From Chitinophagales bacterium (GTDB taxonomy: Bacteria; Bacteroidota; Bacteroidia; Chitinophagales; Chitinophagaceae), in assembly GCA_038328115.1 (NCBI GenBank), contig JBBQLS010000001.1, positions 8,568 to 72,567 on the forward strand: DNA of 64,000 nucleotides, read 5' to 3'. Positions 1 to 9,799 of the stretch are shown here, piece by piece. Below the pieces are notes generated by a model. The model searched no databases, was not told the origin of the DNA, and saw only the letters and a program-made list of their open reading frames with translations. Positions within the stretch are counted from its first letter, which is position 1, and each line of letters opens with the position of its first letter. The position numbers and the translations under genes are program-made.

Positions 1-151
1 TATATCCTTTCCAGGCATGCTGTGCGGCTTCCTTCACATTGCTGCACATTTCTTTTTTAATTTGGTCAGAAAAAGGGGCCTCATTTTGTGCAGTTATTGA
101 AACTGAAAATAAAAGACTGAATGCAGCAAGGAGAGCCCTGTTCTTTATCAT
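1..151 (-). CDS. 5' end of a secreted protein, probably a glycoside hydrolase family 47 (alpha-mannosidase); runs off the window edge
   Basis: Manual translation from ATG at 151: MIKNRALLAAFSLLFSVSITAQNEAPFSDQIKKEMCSNVKEAAQHAWKGY. It has a signal peptide followed by a VKEAxxHAWxGY motif typical of the GH47 N-terminus. Confidence 0.6.
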   Translation of the reverse strand, partial: MIKNRALLAAFSLLFSVSITAQNEAPFSDQIKKEMCSNVKEAAQHAWKGY

Positions 152-196
152 TGCGGTTTAATTTTAGCTGATAAAGATAATGATATACAGGGGCAT

Positions 197-223
197 AAAA
201 AAAGAGTCCGTTAACGGACTCTT
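197..223 (-). terminator. Intrinsic terminator of the RRM gene
   Basis: AAGAGTCCG-TTAA-CGGACTCTT perfect hairpin next to an A-run (U-tract on the minus strand). Confidence 0.8.
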
Positions 224-247
224 CATTGAAAATATGTTAATTAAAAA

Positions 248-571
248 TTACCATCTTCCACCACCACCGCTGTTGCGGTTGTTGCCGTAACCGCCACGGT
301 TTCCACCGCCGCCGTTGCTGCTTCTTTCTTCTCTTTCTTTTGCTACTGAAACAGACATTGCACGTCCTTCCACTTCTTTGTTGTTAAGACCCAACATAGC
401 GTCTTTTCCTTCATCTTCTGAAGGCATTTCAACAAAACCAAATCCACGTGATCTTCCGGTCTCTCTGTCAGTAATAACTTTAGCAGAAGAAACTTCGCCA
501 AAAGTTGAGAAAAGTTCGCTTAACTCAGCATCGCTGGTGTTAAAGCTCAAATTTGAAACATAAATGTTCAT
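248..571 (-). CDS. RNA-binding protein (single RRM with Gly-rich tail)
   Basis: IYVSNL (RNP2) and RGFGFVEM (RNP1) motifs, C-terminal G/R/N-rich tail. Confidence 0.95.
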   Translation of the reverse strand: MNIYVSNLSFNTSDAELSELFSTFGEVSSAKVITDRETGRSRGFGFVEMPSEDEGKDAMLGLNNKEVEGRAMSVSVAKEREERSSNGGGGNRGGYGNNRNSGGGGRW

Positions 572-845
572 AAAACTTAAAAATTAAAATAAAATAAATA
601 AAATACCTATACAGTAATGTAGAAGCAAACTAAAAAGACGAGAAAACTGTTACGGGGAAAAAACTTTGTAAAAATTGAATCTATCCTGTACTGTGTGCTC
701 ACAGCGTTAATGTACAATGCAAATGTACACTTACATTCTCAGAGTAACTAATAAATCTTTATTAACGGGCATTTCAGCGCATTAATAGAAGAAAATCACA
801 GGGCATTCAACTATACAAATGCGCCTGTGATGAAGATAAAAAAGA

Positions 846-1265
846 TCAGGCAGTTTTTTTGCCCATGCCAACAATTGCGCCTACAGCAGCCCCCACTAAA
901 GCCGACATTGCAACAGATGCTGCCACATCAGCGGCCATTCCTGTTTTACTTATCGCTGTTGAGGTGGCATATATCATGCAGTCGTACCCAACAGCCATCA
1001 ACAAGCCAATAAAACCCCCTGTTATAAAACCACTACTCAGGCTGTTTATACCGGCTTTACTGAAAATGTAAGCCATTAAAAATCCCATGGCCAGGTTGCC
1101 GATAATAAGGTACATAAAATCAGGCTCGACTCTCGAAATATTACCAGCAGCTCCCGGGTGTCCGTTCATAAAATTCATCAGCAACATGCCGTAAATTAGC
1201 CATCCCAGCAGGAAGAAAAGTACTCCGCCGGCAATGCCGCCCATTACTAATTTTTTGATGTTCAT
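846..1265 (-). CDS. Small four-TM membrane protein (DUF1761-like)
   Basis: 139 aa with four hydrophobic Gly-rich segments. Confidence 0.65.
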   Translation of the reverse strand: MNIKKLVMGGIAGGVLFFLLGWLIYGMLLMNFMNGHPGAAGNISRVEPDFMYLIIGNLAMGFLMAYIFSKAGINSLSSGFITGGFIGLLMAVGYDCMIYATSTAISKTGMAADVAASVAMSALVGAAVGAIVGMGKKTA

Positions 1266-1414
1266 AAGTTTAGTTTTTGGTGATTTAATAAAAGTATACC
1301 ACCAAAATAATACTTAGTTCCTCAAAATGCAAGCGCCATTTTTGGAATGCACAAATTGCAGCCTTAATGTTAGTAAGTTACTGCATGCTATAAAAACAAA
1401 CCTAATGTGAGAGC

Positions 1415-1657
1415 CTATTTTTTTGTTAATGCCTTATCTATCTGATGACCAAAAAAATAACCTGCAAGGGCTCCGCACGCAGCTCCGGTTAACAGCCATA
1501 AAACGCTGCTCCCTGCTGCAAACCAGGCTATACCCGTACCTAATAAACAAAAGAATATTACAGCAACCAGTACTGCGCTGTTCTTTTTTGTAGATTTTTC
1601 AGTATGTCCTGATTGATGATGATCGTGCTGTGATTTTCTTTTTCTGGATTGTGGCAT
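1415..1657 (-). CDS. Small membrane protein (two TM helices, basic/His-rich N-terminus)
   Basis: ORF with ATG just after a TAATTTAC promoter-like box; two hydrophobic segments. Confidence 0.7.
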   Translation of the reverse strand: MPQSRKRKSQHDHHQSGHTEKSTKKNSAVLVAVIFFCLLGTGIAWFAAGSSVLWLLTGAACGALAGYFFGHQIDKALTKK

Positions 1658-1697
1658 ATTTTTTTTGGTAAATTACGATTTATTTCCCTAAATCGGG

Positions 1698-2171
1698 TTA
1701 CTTCAATTGCTCAAGTTCCCGGTTAAATTCGTACTGTAGATCTTCGTGCATGGTTGCAATTATTTTGCTAATCTTTTTTAACTGATTGAGGTACATATTC
1801 TTAATAACCGGATTTTTTTCAATGGGGATTCCCGATTGCTGGAGTGTTGCACAAAAAAACAACAACAGTTTTGCCTCTGTTTCTGCGGAGCCCGTGTAGC
1901 GGATGTACTTATTAATTATGCGAATGATTTTTCGCAGGCTTTTTTTTACAAAATAAATGCTTGACATATTGATGTCTGCAAACTGCTCCAGCATTGCCAC
2001 TTTTATATTTTCAACATAAGCCTGCTCATCAAAAGCCTCAAATAAAAGATAAGTCAGCAGTTCTTTATTTTCTTTTTTAAATTTTGCCAGGCGTATGCAA
2101 AGTTCGGCAAGCTGATCTGCGGAAGTATTGGATAATTCCAGTTTTAGTTCGTGAATGGTGGCTGCTTTCAT
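1698..2171 (-). CDS. Conserved hypothetical helical protein
   Basis: 157-aa ORF containing LCxRLAKFKKENKELLTYLLFEA, which resembles a conserved Bacteroidota hypothetical family (from recall). Confidence 0.75.
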   Translation of the reverse strand: MKAATIHELKLELSNTSADQLAELCIRLAKFKKENKELLTYLLFEAFDEQAYVENIKVAMLEQFADINMSSIYFVKKSLRKIIRIINKYIRYTGSAETEAKLLLFFCATLQQSGIPIEKNPVIKNMYLNQLKKISKIIATMHEDLQYEFNRELEQLK

Positions 2172-2225
2172 GCAGCTAAATTAGGTAGATTTTAAGCAGA
2201 TTTTCCCGGTTGTACCAGATACAAT

Positions 2226-2330
2226 AAAAAAAACCTTCATTGCTGAAGGCTTTTCATAGAAACGCTCATGCTTGAGTGGATGGTTAATCTGTAGGGTTTG
2301 GATATTTAAACGGTTATTTCTTAATTAACA
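2226..2330 (-). ncRNA. Candidate small RNA (~105 nt) ending in an intrinsic terminator
   Basis: On the minus strand a CATCTTTG -7-like box at 2334-2341 precedes ~105 nt with no substantial ORF. The region ends in a CCTTCA-GCAA-TGAAGG hairpin plus U-run at 2226-2253. Confidence 0.35.
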
Positions 2331-2452
2331 CTGCAAAGATGGAGTTTTGAAGGAATAAATTTTGTAGCAGAGTTACCCGATTTCCTATAGAATTAATTCT
2401 AACAGCATAACAGCAACAGTCATTGCAATTGCAGCAAGACCCCATGAAATGC

Positions 2453-3394
2453 TCAGGAGAGCATCTTTACAACCTTTCCTATCACTACCCCGTTTTGGTA
2501 TACTTCCATGGTGTAATTACCCCTGCTTAAACTGCCGCCTCTTAGTGTAAAGGCCAAACGTTTTGCCTCCCCTCTTGAATAAGTGAAATTAAACTTGTAG
2601 GAATATATTTTTTTGCCATCGGCAGTGGTGAATGTTCCCGAATCCCAACCGGAACCCTTTAAAACCTTTCCATCAGGTTTAATAACAACTACCATCATTT
2701 CGGCATTGGTAAGCGCACTGTTAAAATTTGTTACTGTAAAAGCGCCTGTCAGTTTCTCAGCTATTTCTGCAACATTTGTTTCCGCTTCCTTATCATCAGC
2801 ATTAGAAACAGCAAACAAACGCATATCTGATGCCATAAATGTACTATAAACAGGGCTCAATTTTTCAGGTTCGTTATTTTTCAGCATTCCGGCAGACAGT
2901 GAATTCTTAGCCGGTGGCTTATCAGTCCGCACCAAATCATTCACCACATCGTACAGTTTTTTATTTTCTTTATCAACAACCTGATTTTTTTCTTTAAGGT
3001 TATCCACTTTGCTTTGCAGCTCGCCGATTTTTTGTTTGGCAACCGCAAAACTGTTGTCGGAATTCCTGGTCTTTAATAAAGTGGCAATTTCTCCCTTCAG
3101 CCTGTAAAACTCTGCCAACTTACTGTCTAACTGGTTGCTTAAAGAATCTGAACTGGAAAGTGTTGAATCAAGCTGAACGTCAAGGTCCTTCAATGATGCA
3201 GTATATAAACGTTGCAAAGAATCGCTGACCCTGTTCGCAATGGTTGCGGAGTCGGCAATGGGCGGTGTTGTGTGGGTTTGAGCCACAACGTTTTTAGGAT
3301 AAAAATTGTAACCCCAGGTCCATATCAGTACAAAGGATACCAAAACCAACAGCAGTGATACCAGGAGCAGTAACAAAGATTTAGTATCTCTCAT
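2453..3394 (-). CDS. Membrane-anchored coiled-coil protein with C-terminal beta-rich domain
   Basis: N-terminal TM helix, ~100-aa heptad-rich segment, then a beta-strand-rich C-terminus ending GNYTMEVYQNG. Confidence 0.8.
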   Translation of the reverse strand: MRDTKSLLLLLVSLLLVLVSFVLIWTWGYNFYPKNVVAQTHTTPPIADSATIANRVSDSLQRLYTASLKDLDVQLDSTLSSSDSLSNQLDSKLAEFYRLKGEIATLLKTRNSDNSFAVAKQKIGELQSKVDNLKEKNQVVDKENKKLYDVVNDLVRTDKPPAKNSLSAGMLKNNEPEKLSPVYSTFMASDMRLFAVSNADDKEAETNVAEIAEKLTGAFTVTNFNSALTNAEMMVVVIKPDGKVLKGSGWDSGTFTTADGKKIYSYKFNFTYSRGEAKRLAFTLRGGSLSRGNYTMEVYQNGVVIGKVVKMLS

Positions 3395-3423
3395 GGTTAA
3401 AAGGTCTTCTTTAAGTAATTTTT

Positions 3424-4581
3424 TTATTTAGATACATGTTGATTTACATAGGCAGATATCCAGCCCACTGAACCATTTTTTACCAGGTAGAATTTTTTAC
3501 GTTCAACCACACCATCAAACTGCCTCATAATTTTTAATAACAATCCGGTGCCGGCCAATAAAGCCCGCTGATCAAAAACCTTGTTCACCTGTTTTACATC
3601 CCGGTTTAATTTATCTGCATCAACAGAACTATTTTCAGGTAAGGTTTTTACAATATAAAAATCCGAATACAAGGATGGGTTTTTAAAAAGTTTTTCGCTG
3701 AACTGCAGTACGTCATCATAAGTTACCCCTACAACTGCATTGTCATTTAATTCAGGAGTTATCAATGTAGCAACGGCCCACGCAATACCGCCACTAAAAG
3801 CAATATTATCGCTTTTAGGGAAAGCACCACTGGCATTTACTGCGTATACGATCTCATTATCTTCGGCTCCGGCCAAAACACGGCTTAACTGGCTGCTGTA
3901 GTTTTCCAGCCCCTTATCTTCACCCAGCATTTTATCTGCCGCATTAAAAGTACTTTTTGTGCCCCATGTAAGCTGAAACAGTTTAAAGTCTTTGGTATTT
4001 CCATAAGGAAAATAACCTCCCTTGGTATTGCCGCTTCCAATATCAATTAAAAATGTATTGTACCTTCTTGCGTCCGGAACAATGCCCAGGTGCGAAAGGC
4101 GGGCCTCTTCCAACACATCTATAACCGCTACTTTTCTGTCGGGTTCGTTGTTGTTCAGTTTAAAGGCATTTACCAACTGATCTATCCAGCTCTTCTTATC
4201 TTCTTTTTGTGCCTGGATATTTACACCACTGCTTATTGCAGTAAACACATTGGCAACAGGTATTTTGTTTTGATTAACGGCAACTTCGTATAAATTATTT
4301 AATGCAGCCAGGGTTGCCTGGTAGGTTGGTTGCGTAAAAGAAATAAAATCGGTATTGATTGAAGTATCTTTCAGTATTTTAAATTCTCCGTCTTCGTCGG
4401 CTTTTTTATCCAGTTCTACCAAACTCATCTTCACTCCTTTAGAGCCTACTTCAATACCGGCATACACATTGGAACGTTCGTACTTCTGAACAATGCTGGT
4501 TTGCGCTTTCAGTACAAAAGCAAACAAAAAGAAAATACCGAAAATTGTAGCTGAACGCATGGGCATTTTTGTAGGCATCAT
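3424..4581 (-). CDS. Exported Ppx/GppA-like (ASKHA fold) phosphatase
   Basis: Signal peptide (..FAFVLKA/Q); motifs GIEVGSKGVK, EEARL, IDIGSGNTK, SGGIAW. Confidence 0.75.
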   Translation of the reverse strand: MMPTKMPMRSATIFGIFFLFAFVLKAQTSIVQKYERSNVYAGIEVGSKGVKMSLVELDKKADEDGEFKILKDTSINTDFISFTQPTYQATLAALNNLYEVAVNQNKIPVANVFTAISSGVNIQAQKEDKKSWIDQLVNAFKLNNNEPDRKVAVIDVLEEARLSHLGIVPDARRYNTFLIDIGSGNTKGGYFPYGNTKDFKLFQLTWGTKSTFNAADKMLGEDKGLENYSSQLSRVLAGAEDNEIVYAVNASGAFPKSDNIAFSGGIAWAVATLITPELNDNAVVGVTYDDVLQFSEKLFKNPSLYSDFYIVKTLPENSSVDADKLNRDVKQVNKVFDQRALLAGTGLLLKIMRQFDGVVERKKFYLVKNGSVGWISAYVNQHVSK

Positions 4582-4732
4582 TTTATAATTTTGTCAAAAT
4601 TACTGAAATATAAACTGCACATTTTCAGTTATACACATGGTGTGAAAAAATAGCACGGTACACCATCTGCATAAAAAAAGCCATCACCGGAACAAAGATT
4701 CCGGTAATGGCCATTTTTAAAATTAAAAATTT

Positions 4733-5179
4733 TTAAATGATGATCACTTTTTCCATCACATCTCCTCCCTGGATGTCATCAATAATATCCAACCCTTCAA
4801 TTATCTTTCCAAAACAGGTGTGAACGCCATCCAGATGGCTTGTATTTTGCCTGCTGTGAGAAATGAAAAACTGCGAGCCCCCAGTATTTAACCCGCGGTG
4901 CGCCATGGACATTACTCCCCTGTCGTGGTATTGCTTACTTCCTTTTAATTCGCAATTGATGGTATAACCCGGACCGCCACTACCGGTTCCATTGGGGCAT
5001 CCACCCTGTATCATAAAGTTGGGTATTACGCGGTGAAAAGTCAGTCCGTCGTAAAAACCTTCGCTTATTAGTTTCTTAAAGTTTGCCACAGCAATGGGAG
5101 CATCGTCATCGTACAATTCAAATTTCATTACACCCTTTTTTGTATGTATTTCGCCCTGGGTAAGTTTTACTTCGCTCAT
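4733..5179 (-). CDS. Cyclophilin-type peptidyl-prolyl cis-trans isomerase
   Basis: [25 protein letters not shown] and [10 protein letters not shown] motifs; start moved to MSEVK. Confidence 0.95.
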   Translation of the reverse strand: MSEVKLTQGEIHTKKGVMKFELYDDDAPIAVANFKKLISEGFYDGLTFHRVIPNFMIQGGCPNGTGSGGPGYTINCELKGSKQYHDRGVMSMAHRGLNTGGSQFFISHSRQNTSHLDGVHTCFGKIIEGLDIIDDIQGGDVMEKVIII

Positions 5180-5189
5180 CTGTTTTGTT

Positions 5190-6347
5190 TTAGTTATCAA
5201 TTTTTTTATACCAATTCATAAACTGTTGCCCTATCTGTTTAAAATTATATTTTTGCGCAGTAGCCGCAGCTATGGAATTTTTGTCAAAGGTATTCTTTTG
5301 CAAAACAAACTGTTTTAGTTTTTCGGCTAAGGCCACCGGATTTTCTCCCTCCACAAAAAAACCATTAATCCCTTCTTCAATTATTTCATGAAACACTTCT
5401 AAATTACTTACAATTACCGGAATACCACAGGCATTGGCTTCAATTAAAACACAGCCAAATGTCTCAAACCGTGAATACAGGATCAACACATCGCTCTCCT
5501 GAATTGATTTAGCAAGTAATTCCTGCGGCACTTCTCCTTTTAGCAAAACCCTGTTGTGCAGTCCCAGTTCTTCAATAAGCTGCACCTGCTTTGCTGTTGC
5601 AGGGCCATGCAAAAACATTTCGAATTCAAATTCATCTTTTAACAATGCCAATGCATGTAAAATGGCTTCTGGATTTTTCTGGTAAACCATGGATGAAATA
5701 TGGATAAACCGGATTTTGTCAGTAGTTTTCTTTTCTACAGGATAAAAAATCCGGGTATCAACCACATTCGGTATTACAAACGTATTACTTATGTTATATT
5801 TTTTAACAATGCAGTTCTGCAAGTAAGCCGAAACAAATGTACTTACCATTGCACCGGTAATTATTTTTTTCCAGTAAAGCTGATACACAAAATTATAATC
5901 TCTGATGTTTGGTACTGCTTCTTGCAGGTAATTTCCCCAATGCTCAGTAAGCATGTAAGGAATATTATATTTTCTTTTGGCCCACAATGCAGTAAGACCC
6001 GCTTTCATGGCTATATGCAGGTGAATGAAACAAGGTTTTCCATTTTCTTTTAAGTATTGCTCAACAGCCTGCCGGTAATACATTTTATAATTAAAAAAAG
6101 ATAGGGCTCTGTCAATAATTTTAAGATTTGTTTTTTTTGAATTATAGTAGATTATATGTTCCGTCAGGTTGCCGGTTTTATTTTTTTCTGCCTCCATAGT
6201 ATTTGCCCGAAGGCCCGGGTCTTTCTTTACAAACACAACTTCCACTTCGCAGAATTGCGAAACAGCCTGCGCATGGCGTTGAATAAAATCTCCGGTAAAT
6301 GCATCCAGGCGGTTTGGATACCAGCTTACAAGCCATAATACTTTCAT
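5190..6347 (-). CDS. Glycosyltransferase family 4 (GT-B)
   Basis: [21 protein letters not shown] (EX7E motif), TEHW, VIPNVVD. Confidence 0.92.
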   Translation of the reverse strand: MKVLWLVSWYPNRLDAFTGDFIQRHAQAVSQFCEVEVVFVKKDPGLRANTMEAEKNKTGNLTEHIIYYNSKKTNLKIIDRALSFFNYKMYYRQAVEQYLKENGKPCFIHLHIAMKAGLTALWAKRKYNIPYMLTEHWGNYLQEAVPNIRDYNFVYQLYWKKIITGAMVSTFVSAYLQNCIVKKYNISNTFVIPNVVDTRIFYPVEKKTTDKIRFIHISSMVYQKNPEAILHALALLKDEFEFEMFLHGPATAKQVQLIEELGLHNRVLLKGEVPQELLAKSIQESDVLILYSRFETFGCVLIEANACGIPVIVSNLEVFHEIIEEGINGFFVEGENPVALAEKLKQFVLQKNTFDKNSIAAATAQKYNFKQIGQQFMNWYKKIDN

Positions 6348-6356
6348 CTGCTATTC

Positions 6357-7067
6357 TTATTTAGCCAATACCATTACTGAATAACCTCCCCATTTTTTTA
6401 CACTCCAGTCTTTATTAACAGCGAAGGAAATATTACGTAATATTTTTTTAACGCTGCGCTTTAGAGAACCTGCAGACTTCACATCAACTACAGGTTTGGT
6501 ATAAACCCAGTCAATAATCTGATACCCGGTATCCATTAAAAGCCAATCTACCATTTCTTTTGTGTAATAATGTATATGCCCAACCGCCTGGCGTTGCTGT
6601 AACAAAACATGCGGTTTCATGATCGTTCTGCACGAAAGATCGAGCGGGATGTGGAAAACAAAATAATTACTTTTTGATCTCAGATTTCTTAAAAATTCGT
6701 AGAAATCATCTACATGTTCCACTACATCAATCACCAGCATAAGTTGAGTATGCAGGTTTTCCTTTTGGGTAATATCTCCATTAAAAAAAATAATTCTTTC
6801 GGTCGCATTTTTGTCTGCCAGTTCAATTGCTTGTGGAGAAATATCATAGCCTGCCAGACTTTTTATGCTGTTGTCTAATTTTGAAAGTTCAACAAGATTT
6901 CCCCCGGCACCACAGCCAACTTCTGTTACTTCGGTTACCGAAATATTATTTTTCTGAAGCAGGTTATAAATAAACAATGCTTTCCATTCCGAATCTTCGA
7001 TATCCCAGGTGGGGTTGTTTGTAAGATACGCTCCTCCCGTGTACAGATCATTGCTGCTAACTTTCAT
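6357..7067 (-). CDS. Class I SAM-dependent methyltransferase
   Basis: EVGCGAG SAM-binding loop, GYDIS, DVVEHV. Confidence 0.9.
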   Translation of the reverse strand: MKVSSNDLYTGGAYLTNNPTWDIEDSEWKALFIYNLLQKNNISVTEVTEVGCGAGGNLVELSKLDNSIKSLAGYDISPQAIELADKNATERIIFFNGDITQKENLHTQLMLVIDVVEHVDDFYEFLRNLRSKSNYFVFHIPLDLSCRTIMKPHVLLQQRQAVGHIHYYTKEMVDWLLMDTGYQIIDWVYTKPVVDVKSAGSLKRSVKKILRNISFAVNKDWSVKKWGGYSVMVLAK

Positions 7068-8373
7068 TTCTTATTTTAAGCGATGTGTAAATTGCATTTC
7101 TTATTTGCTTCCAGTCAGATAATCTAAAGATAAAAAAATCTGCAACGGAACATGCATATTCTTTTTTGAAGGCCCTTATGATATATACCTGGTACACAAA
7201 ATAACCGGCGCTGCTCACCAAAGCTGCCGCCACAATACCGTAGGTCGAAATAAAAATAATATCCCCTGCCAGAATAACAGCAAAGGCATATACCGCCGCC
7301 ATGATATTAATTTTCAACTGGTTCTTACCCGCAAAATAAGCGGTAAGCGTAAACATACCCGACATGGCGAGAATGCCCGGTATCAACATTAGAAAAGGTT
7401 TGTACATACTGGTAAAACTTACACCAAAAACAAATGGGAAAAGCCACCGACCCAATAATGCCAACATAATGCAGATGACAGCATATAATAAAAATATTGA
7501 TCTGGATAAAAGAGGCAATAATTTATTGACCTCACCATGTTGCCCGCCTGCACTCATTGTGAACACTGCACTTGCCAATATGGTTGGCAGTATAAAAAAG
7601 AGGTGTACCAGTTTTGATACCTGTATATAATTACCGAGTTGCATGGCCGTACAATATCTTTCAACAAAAAAATAATCAACACGGTATAACAGAAAAAAAA
7701 TGACATTACCTGTAAATGCCAATGCACAATACCTGAACAGGAGCCTGAATTCGGCCATTGTTATAAAATGAAACAGCCCTGTTTTGATATATTTTATTTT
7801 GGCAGTAACTGCCATAAATATGCCCTGCACAAAAAAAGAACCGAAGTATATATAAAAATAATTTTGGTTGGTTACGGCCGGTATAACAGACCGGCCATTA
7901 TATGGAATTAAAGCTATCAGGATGATGGTACCTGTTACAATAATAATATTAGGCAACCTGAAATCGCTATGGGCATAAAAAAAACCTGCGCAATAAGTAG
8001 TGAGCAGATTGCCGCAAATATATAATACTGCAGACACTATCAGGAAATGTCTGGAAATGCCAGAGTATACATCCTTAAAAAAAAACAAAACCACAAGCCA
8101 GGTAACTAACCCAATAAACAATGTCCAAAGTATTGAGAAACTAAAAAGCCGCTCCACAGGTATTTGTGCTTTTGCTGAAAAGTAAATGATGCCCGATTCG
8201 ATGCTAAGGCTGAAAAGCAACACCACAAATGCATAGATACTGCTGAGGTAATAAACAGACCCGCTCAGCGAAGCTTCAAAATGCCTTGCAATTAATACAT
8301 TTACAACAAAAGCTGATACATAATACAAGCTTCGCCACAGAAAACTTTGCCACAATGTTTTTACAGCCTGCAT
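7057..8373 (-). CDS. Polysaccharide flippase (Wzx/MOP family)
   Basis: ~12 TM segments, YRVDYFFV and LGNY motifs, overlaps the downstream methyltransferase in an operon. Confidence 0.8.
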   Translation of the reverse strand: MQAVKTLWQSFLWRSLYYVSAFVVNVLIARHFEASLSGSVYYLSSIYAFVVLLFSLSIESGIIYFSAKAQIPVERLFSFSILWTLFIGLVTWLVVLFFFKDVYSGISRHFLIVSAVLYICGNLLTTYCAGFFYAHSDFRLPNIIIVTGTIILIALIPYNGRSVIPAVTNQNYFYIYFGSFFVQGIFMAVTAKIKYIKTGLFHFITMAEFRLLFRYCALAFTGNVIFFLLYRVDYFFVERYCTAMQLGNYIQVSKLVHLFFILPTILASAVFTMSAGGQHGEVNKLLPLLSRSIFLLYAVICIMLALLGRWLFPFVFGVSFTSMYKPFLMLIPGILAMSGMFTLTAYFAGKNQLKINIMAAVYAFAVILAGDIIFISTYGIVAAALVSSAGYFVYQVYIIRAFKKEYACSVADFFIFRLSDWKQIRNAIYTSLKIRNES

Positions 8374-8379
8374 AAGTGA

Positions 8380-8660
8380 TTAAATTTTCTCGCCGGTAAT
8401 ATTAAATCCAAATAATTCATCTGTTGTTACCTTCACGCTTTAAAAATTCTTTTATAAAACCAGCTTCGGGTCTCCTCATGATCATGCTCCCACCTGAATA
8501 GTGTTGTATACCAATCCTGAATATTAATCATCATGATACGGCTGTTTTCTTTATTTCCTTTAGCACGTTTTATAACAAGAGTAATAGGAAAAATAGTGAG
8601 CCGGAATAAATAATATTAAAACCTTAAAGGCAACCCCGATGTTATTTTCCTTATAAATCA
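8380..8660 (-). pseudogene. Possible heavily decayed gene remnant (FkbM-methyltransferase-like fragments)
   Basis: Minus-strand fragments in different frames: YYLFRLTIFPITLVIKRAKG..., PEAGFIKEFLKREG, VKVTTDELFGFNITGEKI. There is no intact ORF. Confidence 0.25.
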
Positions 8661-8739
8661 GTCGCAAGATACTTTAAAGTATTTCTTCAAAACAAGTGTG
8701 GTTATGCTTATTTTGCATTTATAATTTAATTTTATAGCC

Positions 8740-9735
8740 ATGGCTGTTATGCGAAAATTTAATTCAAAGGCTAAAACCGAAATCAACACTGGTTTTGGTA
8801 CTAATGCATCTGACTATGGAGGCCGTTTTGTAAATAAAACGGGCAAGCCCAATATTGAAATAAGAGGCGTATCTTTTTTAGACAGGATCAGTTGGTATCA
8901 TACCATGCTGAGTTTACCCGGCTGGAAATTCCTCACAATCATTTTTTCTTTTTACATCATCATCAATTTTATTTTTGCCTGTATTTATATGTTGATTGGA
9001 GTAGAAAATCTAATTGGCATTCAGTCCTTGTCTGACCTGGGAAAATTTGGTGCGGCATATTTTTTCAGTGCGCAGACTTTTACTACAGTTGGTTACGGCC
9101 ATATAAGTCCGGATGGTGTTTTAACAAGTGCAGTTGCCGCAGCCGAGGCATTGGTGGGCCTGCTGAGTTTTGCCATTGCTACCGGTTTATTTTATGGCAG
9201 GTTCAGCAAACCAAGGGCCTATCTTATGTTTTCAGAGAATGCAATTATTGCTCCATACAAAGATATTACGGCGTTGATGTTACGGGTAACTCCTTATAAA
9301 AATACTACCCTAACGGATGCTGAAGCTAAAGTTACTTTTGGGATGACGATAGAAGAAAATGGAAAAATGGTAAACAAGTTTTATCCGCTTGAACTCGAAT
9401 TTAAAGTTGCCAATGCATTAACACTTAACTGGACGATTGTACACCCTATAACCGAAGACAGCCCGTTTTATAATTTTTCAGTGGAGGATTATGCCAATGT
9501 CAACGGTGAGATCATCGTTTTTATTAAAGCATTCGACGACATGTTCAGCAATACCGTTGTTGATCGCAGCTCTTACACCTTGAAAGAAGTTGTTGTTGGT
9601 GCTAAATTTTTGCCCATGTATCACCGCAGTTCTGTAGGCAGTAAAACGATATTAGAGGTAGAAAAACTAAACAGCTATGTAGAAGCAGATGTAAGCTTTG
9701 CTTTTGCAGCTAATGCTAAATCTGCTTCTCAGTAA
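8740..9735 (+). CDS. Inward-rectifier-type potassium channel (KirBac-like)
   Basis: FFSAQTFTTVGYG selectivity filter, two TM helices, cytoplasmic domain with WTIVHPITEDSPF. Confidence 0.92.
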   Translation: MAVMRKFNSKAKTEINTGFGTNASDYGGRFVNKTGKPNIEIRGVSFLDRISWYHTMLSLPGWKFLTIIFSFYIIINFIFACIYMLIGVENLIGIQSLSDLGKFGAAYFFSAQTFTTVGYGHISPDGVLTSAVAAAEALVGLLSFAIATGLFYGRFSKPRAYLMFSENAIIAPYKDITALMLRVTPYKNTTLTDAEAKVTFGMTIEENGKMVNKFYPLELEFKVANALTLNWTIVHPITEDSPFYNFSVEDYANVNGEIIVFIKAFDDMFSNTVVDRSSYTLKEVVVGAKFLPMYHRSSVGSKTILEVEKLNSYVEADVSFAFAANAKSASQ

Positions 9736-9799
9736 ACAAGATCTGACGACCCTGTCTGATCATTTTACTGCGATTGCTGAAAGTTTCTTCTGACCTATA

